From IMG/VR virus record IMGVR_UViG_3300030379_000158: a stretch of DNA of 64,000 nt; one strand, given 5' to 3'. The number at the start of each line of letters is the position of its first letter. Positions within the stretch are counted from its first letter, which is position 1. The DNA is from a virus. Its lineage: Duplodnaviria; Heunggongvirae; Uroviricota; Caudoviricetes. The notes beneath the pieces are model-generated. The model was not told the origin of the DNA. It was given only the letters and a program-made list of their open reading frames with translations, and did not search any database. Positions 57,244-64,000 of the stretch are shown here, piece after piece. Both the position numbers and the translations under genes were made by a program.

Positions 57244-58032
57244 ATGCTGGAAAAAGACTACCAGTTATCCGCATATAAAAAATTGGCCGCCGCCGGTGGG
57301 ATGAAAACACCTGGTGCCATAACATCGGCACGAAACAGTGCTAACACAGCAAAACTGCTTGCAGAAGAATTGACCGGATTAATTCTGGATACAATTGTCT
57401 ATCCCGACACTATTACCAGCTATGTTTCAACGATCAGAACAACCGCAACCGGTTTAACGAATATTGGAGGGCTGGCAACTCAGCACGCGGACCTGTTGGC
57501 TGGTTATGCTGATCTGTCAATGCTCCTTCAACTCGATATTGGTTGGGATGTTTACTGTCGTGCTAATGAGCGAGAAGTTTCAGAACTGCCGATCTCTATT
57601 GCCATTGGTGACGCGACTACAACGAAATCGCTTGAGGACGCTGTAAATGCGCTTAATACGTCGAGTTTAGTCGCTGCTATGGAGGACATTAACCAGACCC
57701 TTAACACAGGCTCAGGAAGCTCGTCAGGCTCTGATTCAGGTGGCGGCGCAGTCACTCCCCCACCAGCACTGACAGAACAACAAGTTGAAGCACTGAAGGA
57801 AGCTACTGAACAATTTGGTGCTTTTTTCGACCAGACAACAGTACCGGTAGCAGCATTGCAACAGCAGTATGAACGAGCGAAGGAAAGCGCCAGCGTAGCC
57901 ATAACTGCTTATAACCATGCTATCGGTACCGCGCTTGCGGAAGCATCAGCAAATAAGGCCAGCACAGCCAGCGCAGTTGCCGCTTTGGTTCCTGATTCTG
58001 TTCTTGATGAATTAAACAAAGCGGCACAGTAA
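57244..58032 (+). CDS. Hypothetical Ala/Ser-rich protein
   Basis: ATG at 57244 preceded by AGGAG; Gly/Ser linker SGSSSGSDSGGG. Confidence 0.5.
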   Translation: MLEKDYQLSAYKKLAAAGGMKTPGAITSARNSANTAKLLAEELTGLILDTIVYPDTITSYVSTIRTTATGLTNIGGLATQHADLLAGYADLSMLLQLDIGWDVYCRANEREVSELPISIAIGDATTTKSLEDAVNALNTSSLVAAMEDINQTLNTGSGSSSGSDSGGGAVTPPPALTEQQVEALKEATEQFGAFFDQTTVPVAALQQQYERAKESASVAITAYNHAIGTALAEASANKASTASAVAALVPDSVLDELNKAAQ

Positions 58033-58071
58033 CAAAGGACTTCATTGATAATTTTTCTTCAGGAGGAAGAC

Positions 58072-58494
58072 ATGTCATTCTTTTCTACGTTAAAAACAGC
58101 TTTGTCTTTGAAGGAGAAACTTGCTGCTACTGGTGTTCTTGTTCTGATTTGCGCACTTGTTGGTGCTGGGTTTGCATGGGAACGTCATCAGCTAAAGCAA
58201 GCCATAGAGAAAATTGGCAGTCTTGATCAGGCTGTTAAGGAGCGTGATAAGTCAATAATGGATCTTAACCAGACCATTGAGACGATGAACAAAGCAGAGC
58301 AACATTTTCACAGCCAGGAAGTGAAAAATGAATCAGAACAAGCCAAGTATGCTGACAGGCAAATGGAACGAAAAGCTGAAGTTCAGAAACAACTGGTTGC
58401 GGCGGGTAATGTTCGCCAGCGTATTCCTGCTGACACTCAGCGGTTGCTCCGGGAGTCGATCAGCGAATTTAACGCCGACGCCGACAAAGGTTAA
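58072..58494 (+). CDS. i-spanin (Rz-like) candidate
   Basis: N-terminal TM segment LAATGVLVLICALVGAGFAW then periplasmic coiled coil; AGGAGG before the ATG at 58072; o-spanin ORF embedded in the +1 frame. Confidence 0.55.
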   Translation: MSFFSTLKTALSLKEKLAATGVLVLICALVGAGFAWERHQLKQAIEKIGSLDQAVKERDKSIMDLNQTIETMNKAEQHFHSQEVKNESEQAKYADRQMERKAEVQKQLVAAGNVRQRIPADTQRLLRESISEFNADADKG

Positions 58495-58684
58495 CCACCC
58501 TGCCCCCAAAAGTGCATTTATGTGCAGGATGCCAGAGTTTAGCAGTGAATATTTTGATGATCTGCCAGCGTATATCCTCGATACAGAAACGATGCTGATG
58601 GGGATTAACAGGAAGAATCGCAACGTTAATGATTACAACCGCGCTATCAGCGGTATGAACCGCCCCGGGAATCCTGGAGACTAA
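58349..58684 (+). CDS. o-spanin (Rz1-like lipoprotein) candidate, 3' end altered by IS629 insertion
   Basis: Lipobox FLLTLSGC, Pro-rich segment [11 protein letters not shown]; reading frame runs 29 nt into the IS629 left end so the last codons are IS-derived. Confidence 0.5.
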   Translation: MLTGKWNEKLKFRNNWLRRVMFASVFLLTLSGCSGSRSANLTPTPTKVNHPAPKSAFMCRMPEFSSEYFDDLPAYILDTETMLMGINRKNRNVNDYNRAISGMNRPGNPGD

Positions 58685-58709
58685 ACTTCCTGAGAAAGAG
58701 GTAAACAGG

Positions 58710-59036
58710 ATGACTAAAAATACTCGTTTTTCCCCCGAAGTCCGTCAACGGGCAGTCCGTATGGTTCTGGAAAGTCAGGATGAATATGACTCACAGTGGG
58801 CGGCAATTTGTTCCATTGCCCCAAAGATTGGCTGTACGCCGGAGACTCTGCGTGTCTGGGTTCGCCAGCATGAGCGGGATACCGGGGGCGGTGATGGTGG
58901 GCTCACCAGCGCTGAACGTCAGCGTCTGAAAGAGCTGGAACGTGAAAATCGTGAACTGCGCCGCAGTAACGATATCCTTCGCCAGGCTTCCGCTTATTTT
59001 GCGAAGGCGGAGTTCGACCGCCTCTGGAAAAAATGA
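58710..59036 (+). CDS. IS629 transposase OrfA
   Basis: [55 protein letters not shown]..., helix-turn-helix IS3-family OrfA. Confidence 0.9.
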   Translation: MTKNTRFSPEVRQRAVRMVLESQDEYDSQWAAICSIAPKIGCTPETLRVWVRQHERDTGGGDGGLTSAERQRLKELERENRELRRSNDILRQASAYFAKAEFDRLWKK

Positions 59037-59923
59037 TGCCACTGCTGGATAAGCTGCGTGAGCAGTACGGGGTCGGACCGGTATGCAGCGAACTGCATAT
59101 TGCCCCGTCAACGTATTACCATTGTCAGCAACAGCGACATCATCCGGATAAACGCAGTGCCCGTGCGCAGCACGATGACTGGCTGAAGAGAGAGATACAG
59201 CGCGTATACGATGAAAATCATCAGGTGTACGGTGTGCGTAAAGTCTGGCGTCAGTTGTTACGGGAAGGAATCAGGGTGGCCAGATGTACAGTGGCGCGCC
59301 TCATGGCGGTTATGGGACTTGCCGGTGTTCTCCGGGGTAAAAAGGTCCGTACGACCATCAGCCGGAAAGCCGTTGCCGCAGGCGACCGCGTAAACCGTCA
59401 GTTCGTGGCAGAACGACCTGACCAGCTGTGGGTGGCTGATTTTACTTACGTCAGCACATGGCGGGGCTTCGTCTATGTGGCGTTCATCATTGATGTGTTT
59501 GCCGGATACATCGTGGGGTGGCGGGTCTCATCGTCCATGGAAACGACATTCGTGCTGGATGCACTGGAGCAGGCGTTATGGGCCCGTCGACCGTCCGGCA
59601 CGGTCCATCACAGTGATAAAGGTTCTCAGTATGTATCGCTGGCCTACACACAGCGGCTTAAGGAAGCCGGATTACTGGCATCAACAGGAAGTACAGGCGA
59701 CTCGTATGACAACGCGATGGCGGAGAGCATCAATGGTCTTTACAAAGCGGAGGTAATACACCGTAAGAGCTGGAAAAACCGTGCAGAAGTGGAACTGGCC
59801 ACACTCACGTGGGTGGACTGGTATAACAATCGACGATTGCTGGAAAGGCTGGGCCATACTCCTCCGGCAGAAGCAGAAAAAGCTTATTATGCTTCCATCG
59901 GAAACGATGATCTGGCAGCCTGA
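59033..59923 (+). CDS. IS629 transposase OrfB (DDE integrase core)
   Basis: DDE motif context ...VADFTYV...HHSDKGSQY...[10 protein letters not shown]; overlaps orfA as expected for programmed frameshifting. Confidence 0.9.
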   Translation: MMPLLDKLREQYGVGPVCSELHIAPSTYYHCQQQRHHPDKRSARAQHDDWLKREIQRVYDENHQVYGVRKVWRQLLREGIRVARCTVARLMAVMGLAGVLRGKKVRTTISRKAVAAGDRVNRQFVAERPDQLWVADFTYVSTWRGFVYVAFIIDVFAGYIVGWRVSSSMETTFVLDALEQALWARRPSGTVHHSDKGSQYVSLAYTQRLKEAGLLASTGSTGDSYDNAMAESINGLYKAEVIHRKSWKNRAEVELATLTWVDWYNNRRLLERLGHTPPAEAEKAYYASIGNDDLAA

Positions 59924-59982
59924 GTTCACAGATAAAACACTCTCCAGGAAACCCGGGGCGGTTCAGTAACTAAAAGGGATTT

Positions 59983-60375
59983 TTGTCTGATAAAGTAACA
60001 GTTAAGCAAACTATCAACAAAGCGACTTCAATCTACAAAATTGAGCACATCACTGTTGGCAAGCTAGGATCTGAACAATACCGTCATGCTTTCGAACTTG
60101 CCGATCAACTTGGTTTAAAACATCCGGATTGTATCGAGCATGTATTTCCGACCTATGCTGATGAGCAATGTACTCATGTTCTTACCGAAGAGGATTTTTT
60201 CAGCACTGAAGAACGAGAAGGAGTTGATCGCTGCATTGGTGTGATTTGCTCTTCAGTGAGTTATGAGTTATTCCCTAATGTCCATGAAGATGGTGGTGTT
60301 GGATACCAATTCCTGTATGAAGGCGATGAGCTTAAATGTTATGAACATGGTCTTCTTATCGAAAGCGTAGAATAA
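59983..60375 (+). CDS. Hypothetical protein (130 aa, TTG start in ORF table)
   Basis: ORF between IS629 and oriR, followed by hairpin aaccggc-tttgtt-gccggtt. Confidence 0.4.
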   Translation: MSDKVTVKQTINKATSIYKIEHITVGKLGSEQYRHAFELADQLGLKHPDCIEHVFPTYADEQCTHVLTEEDFFSTEEREGVDRCIGVICSSVSYELFPNVHEDGGVGYQFLYEGDELKCYEHGLLIESVE

Positions 60376-60418
60376 TATGACTTCCTTCCAACCGGCTTTG
60401 TTGGCCGGTTTATTCAAC

Positions 60419-60631
60419 TTATCCACAGCATAGATCCAATAAACAGATCCTAAAGAGAACCTAGGAAGATCCAAAGAAGATCCCGGATCGCTGTAAGCCG
60501 CGTCATTACTGGCCTGAAATGGGATCAACATTGACTATACGCGATTTTATGTTGACTGTGCACGATTTATTGTTGACTGCACGCGATTTATTGTTGACTA
60601 TACGCGACAGAAACATTGACTGTAAGCGATT
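60419..60631. other. Plasmid replication origin oriR: DnaA box, GATC heptamer cluster and five incC iterons
   Basis: TTATCCACA at 60419-60427; GATC sites at 60435-60525 (four AGATCC); five ~19-bp iterons ttgact(a/g)t(a/g)(c/a)(g/a)cg at 60531, 60552, 60573, 60594, 60617. Confidence 0.8.
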
Positions 60632-60710
60632 TTAGAGTCTGAATATTCACAGCTGTTGATAACAGCCATCCAAATTGACGTCAGGCCGCGCCACACATGG
60701 AGAAACCGTG

Positions 60711-61595
60711 ATGCCGGAAGAAAGTAAAGGCTTCCTTAGCGTTGAAGAAGTTGCAGGAAATACAGGAGAAATCCACAGCCTGAAGCCCAATAACAACAGC
60801 ACTATACAACCCATCGCTTTGTTGCGCTTAGGTGTGTTTGTGCCAACCTTAAAATCTACCAATGTGGCGCTACGTCGCGGATCGTCAGTTACAACAAACA
60901 CAACGAACGCAACTGAAGAACTATCAAGCCTCAAAATTGTTGAGCAGGAAGGCTATGAGGGAATTGAAATTCATGGTCCACGCCTGGATATGGATACTGA
61001 TTTTAAGGTGTGGGTGGGCATAACTTCCGCGTTGTTTGACTACGCACCTGATGATGACGGCATAATCACCCTGCCATTCTCCGAGTTTGCCGATCGATGC
61101 GGCTATCCACGTAAGCGCCTTTCAAAGGCGTTCCGTAAAAGTATTGATGACTCTCTGACACGCATTCAGCAGACAGTTGTCAAATTCCGCTTCCCGGCGG
61201 CAAAAGGTCATCTCAATAACATTAACGTCAACTTGTTGGCATATAGCAGCCTGAATACCGAGCTTGATGTTATCGAGATCCAGCCGCAGAAACAGCTATC
61301 TGAACTTTACTATGTTGACTATAAGCGAATCCTGAAGCTGAAGATGCTGGATAAACTAGGGCGCAAAGAGACGGCCAAGGTACTGTATACATTCTTTGAG
61401 GCTCTACCCGCCAACCCGGCACCTGTCAGCATTGAGCGCCTTAGAGCGAGGCTTAATCTCAAATCATCCGTTAGCGTGCAAAATAGCGTTATCAGAAAAG
61501 CCATGAAAGATTTGGAAGCTATTGAATATCTTAAATTTTCAGAGATAAAAAACGGCAGGAAAATCGGCTTCCAGATCCATAAGCGCAATCCATAA
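60711..61595 (+). CDS. repA: Plasmid replication initiator RepA (P1 RepA family, divergent variant)
   Basis: ATG at 60711 after GGAG; IQPIALLRLGVFVP...HGPRLDMDTDFKVW...LSFARIR-like blocks aligned to recalled P1 RepA; flanked by iterons. Confidence 0.85.
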   Translation: MPEESKGFLSVEEVAGNTGEIHSLKPNNNSTIQPIALLRLGVFVPTLKSTNVALRRGSSVTTNTTNATEELSSLKIVEQEGYEGIEIHGPRLDMDTDFKVWVGITSALFDYAPDDDGIITLPFSEFADRCGYPRKRLSKAFRKSIDDSLTRIQQTVVKFRFPAAKGHLNNINVNLLAYSSLNTELDVIEIQPQKQLSELYYVDYKRILKLKMLDKLGRKETAKVLYTFFEALPANPAPVSIERLRARLNLKSSVSVQNSVIRKAMKDLEAIEYLKFSEIKNGRKIGFQIHKRNP

Positions 61596-61597
61596 TA

Positions 61598-61852
61598 TTG
61601 ACTATATGCGATAGCGAGAAGTTGACTATAGGCGACATTCGTTGACGCTGGTGGATTTTTGCTGGCGTCAATATTCTGCAAGTCGCTATTGAGATGGCTT
61701 TTAGGGGCATTTCATCGCGTATAGTCAACGTTTCTCCCGACAATATCTTACATAGTCGATCTTTGGTGGAGTTAAATCGACTACAGTCAACTTTTGACTG
61801 TAGTCACATCGCGCATAGTCAACTATTCACATTAACCTTCGCGCATAGTCAA
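61598..61852. repeat. incA-like iteron array (copy-number control locus)
   Basis: At least seven ttgactatatgcgat-type iterons in both orientations downstream of repA. Confidence 0.75.
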
Positions 61853-61887
61853 CATTTGCGCGGTTCTCATCAAGCAGTGGTATTGAT

Positions 61888-62697
61888 ATGCAAGAAGAGA
61901 AACAACACTACCTCTACGTTCTGGTGCCAGAGAACGGAGATACTTTTAAAATCGGCATTTCATGTGGTCCATTGGCACGGTTTAAAGGGCTACAAGTGAG
62001 TCCCGATTTTGCGCTTTCACGGGTCTATCGTGGTACGCGTTTGGCAATGGTTAATCTTGAGCGGGCTTTACACGCAACCTTTTTCCCCTGGAATGCGCCG
62101 TGGGAGAAAAGCGTCGGTGGCGGGCATACTGAATGGTTTACACGAGAGTGTCTTGATAAGGTTTTGGCTCATATCGAATATCTAAATGATATGTGGGGAG
62201 GGATTCTCGAGCGCATTAAGTCGAATGATTTACTTCAGCGTCCAGTAGATGCTGCTTGCTCTTTCGAAAAAGAGCTGGATGTTACTTCTATCGTGACTTT
62301 CAAAGATGACGCAGGAATGAGGGACGTGGCTTATGTCTCCATATCTGGCTATGAACCGGACGCGATCCGCGCTCAATGTGAATTGCTGAAAGCAATGTTT
62401 ATGCTTCGGACTAAATATCCCTGGGATACAGGGCGGGTGTGCTTCCCTATGGAAGAGTTAACCGCCACCATTGATTCCCAGCTTTACCACGATAATCCAG
62501 AGAAGTTTTTTAGCCTTTTAGCCGGTAATGGGCTTAACTGTGTGTCCGGGCTGGGGCGAAGTAGAATCCAACATGCCTCGCTCTTCGGTCCCTTCTTTTA
62601 CGATCGACACGGGTACTTTGAGGCTGAACTTCCGGCGCTTACGCGTGCTATAGATACTATCGATTTCGAACGATTATTCGCTGCTCTTAGCAAATAA
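61888..62697 (+). CDS. GIY-YIG / T5orf172-like domain protein (269 aa) inserted between incA and parA
   Basis: N-terminus HYLYVLVPENGDTFKIGIS...R...GGHTEWF fits the GIY-YIG/T5orf172 pattern; C-terminal ~160 aa unassigned. Confidence 0.5.
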   Translation: MQEEKQHYLYVLVPENGDTFKIGISCGPLARFKGLQVSPDFALSRVYRGTRLAMVNLERALHATFFPWNAPWEKSVGGGHTEWFTRECLDKVLAHIEYLNDMWGGILERIKSNDLLQRPVDAACSFEKELDVTSIVTFKDDAGMRDVAYVSISGYEPDAIRAQCELLKAMFMLRTKYPWDTGRVCFPMEELTATIDSQLYHDNPEKFFSLLAGNGLNCVSGLGRSRIQHASLFGPFFYDRHGYFEAELPALTRAIDTIDFERLFAALSK

Positions 62698-62706
62698 CAC
62701 TGATGC

Positions 62707-62726
62707 CCCTGAACGGGGCTTTTTTG
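62707..62726 (+). terminator. Rho-independent terminator
   Basis: gcccc-tgaa-cgggg-c followed by TTTTTT. Confidence 0.6.
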
Positions 62727-62865
62727 TGCCCTCCTTGTAACTCTCAATCGTGCAAAATGAACCAAACATGCAGAGAATGCTATGTACAAGCATCTACGCA
62801 TACATTATTATTTTATGCAGCATTTTTAATTAAATTCAAAAATACAGCATAAAGGATGACTTTCG

Positions 62866-64000
62866 ATGAGTGATTCCAGCCAGCTTCACAAGGTTGCTCA
62901 AAGAGCAAATAGAATGCTCAATGTTCTGACTGAACAAGTACAGTTGCAAAAGGATGAGCTACACGCGAACGAGTTTTACCAGGTCTATGCGAAAGCGGCA
63001 CTGGCAAAATTGCCTCTACTGACTCGTGCGAACGTTGACTATGCCGTAAGTGAAATGGAAGAAAAGGGTTATGTTTTCGATAAACGCCCTGCTGGCTCTT
63101 CAATGAAATATGCGATGTCAATTCAGAACATCATTGACATATATGAACATCGCGGAGTGCCAAAATACCGGGATCGCTACAGCGAAGCGTATGTGATTTT
63201 CATCTCCAATCTTAAAGGCGGTGTGTCAAAAACTGTATCGACGGTTTCTCTGGCGCATGCAATGCGTGCTCATCCTCATCTTCTGATGGAAGATTTAAGG
63301 ATTCTGGTTATTGACCTTGATCCGCAATCTTCAGCAACGATGTTTTTAAGCCATAAACACTCTATTGGTATCGTAAACGCAACATCTGCACAGGCTATGT
63401 TGCAGAATGTAAGCCGTGAAGAGCTGTTAGAGGAGTTTATTGTTCCTTCTGTTGTACCTGGGGTTGACGTTATGCCTGCGTCGATTGACGATGCCTTTAT
63501 TGCATCCGATTGGAGAGAGCTGTGCAATGAGCATCTACCGGGTCAGAACATCCATGCAGTCCTGAAAGAAAATGTGATTGATAAGCTGAAGAGCGATTAT
63601 GACTTTATCCTCGTTGATAGTGGTCCTCACCTTGACGCCTTCCTGAAAAATGCTTTGGCCTCGGCCAATATACTGTTTACACCTCTGCCGCCTGCAACGG
63701 TTGATTTCCACTCATCGCTTAAATACGTTGCCCGCCTTCCTGAGTTGGTGAAACTCATTTCGGATGAAGGCTGCGAGTGTCAGCTTGCAACTAACATTGG
63801 ATTTATGTCCAAGTTGAGTAACAAGGCAGACCATAAGTATTGCCATAGCCTGGCTAAAGAAGTGTTCGGTGGGGATATGCTTGATGTTGTCCTCCCTCGC
63901 CTTGACGGTTTTGAACGCTGCGGCGAGTCTTTTGACACTGTTATTTCAGCTAACCCGGCAACGTATGTTGGTAGTGCTGATGCATTGAAGAACGCGCGAA
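62866..64000 (+). CDS. parA: Partition ATPase ParA (3' end beyond window)
   Basis: N-terminal HTH-like region, deviant Walker A FISNLKGGVSKTVSTV, Walker B FILVDSGP; P1-type ParA with long N-terminal extension. Confidence 0.9.
   Translation, partial: MSDSSQLHKVAQRANRMLNVLTEQVQLQKDELHANEFYQVYAKAALAKLPLLTRANVDYAVSEMEEKGYVFDKRPAGSSMKYAMSIQNIIDIYEHRGVPKYRDRYSEAYVIFISNLKGGVSKTVSTVSLAHAMRAHPHLLMEDLRILVIDLDPQSSATMFLSHKHSIGIVNATSAQAMLQNVSREELLEEFIVPSVVPGVDVMPASIDDAFIASDWRELCNEHLPGQNIHAVLKENVIDKLKSDYDFILVDSGPHLDAFLKNALASANILFTPLPPATVDFHSSLKYVARLPELVKLISDEGCECQLATNIGFMSKLSNKADHKYCHSLAKEVFGGDMLDVVLPRLDGFERCGESFDTVISANPATYVGSADALKNAR

Larger units (their letters stand above)
58656..59964 (+). mobile_element. 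IS629 (IS3 family), complete copy with 3-bp target duplication (gta)
   Basis: Ends TGAACCGCCCCGGG... and ...CCCGGGGCGGTTCA; flanked by gta at 58653-58655 and 59965-59967. Confidence 0.9.

Noticed and set aside
60675-60710. TTG-initiated N-terminal extension of repA
   Set aside because: The ATG at 60711 is preceded by GGAG at optimal spacing; the extension would overlap the last iteron and DnaA-box-like sequence.
60531-61852. Regularly spaced direct repeats around repA that could be mistaken for a CRISPR array
   Set aside because: They are 19-bp iterons in both orientations with ~2-bp spacers, flanking a RepA gene and a DnaA box and GATC cluster. This is a plasmid origin (incC/incA), not repeat-spacer architecture.

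Overview
This window reads as a large part of a P1-family temperate phage-plasmid of Enterobacteriaceae, in reverse orientation relative to the conventional P1 map. Identification rests on recall of P1 proteins and sites, not on any database search. Landmarks: a perfect 34-bp loxP site (22240-22273) next to a near-identical Cre; C1 repressor and Coi; pacA/pacB with the GATC-hexamer pac site; lpa, phd-doc, humD behind a LexA box; SSB, SAR endolysin, the 2255-aa DarB, EcoP1I-like Type III mod-res, Ref, Ban helicase with three tRNA genes and TerB-like tci genes, the Dam/Dcm fusion Dmt, RdgC, and the oriR-repA-incA-parA plasmid core. About twelve copies of the asymmetric C1 operator sit in front of operons. 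Stretches that look like non-backbone cargo: (1) a c4/icd/ant-like immunity module between c1 and pacB, a spot I recall as gene-free in P1; (2) a GIY-YIG (T5orf172-like) gene inserted between incA and parA; (3) a two-gene module plus an AT-rich gap with a small hydrophobic ORF beside the LexA-controlled humD; (4) a general porin gene next to a decayed IS1-family end; (5) an IS629 copy with 3-bp duplications in the 3' end of the o-spanin gene; (6) a glycosyltransferase-like gene coupled to ban. I cannot tell from sequence alone which, if any, is a genuinely new system; candidates are ranked in the findings.
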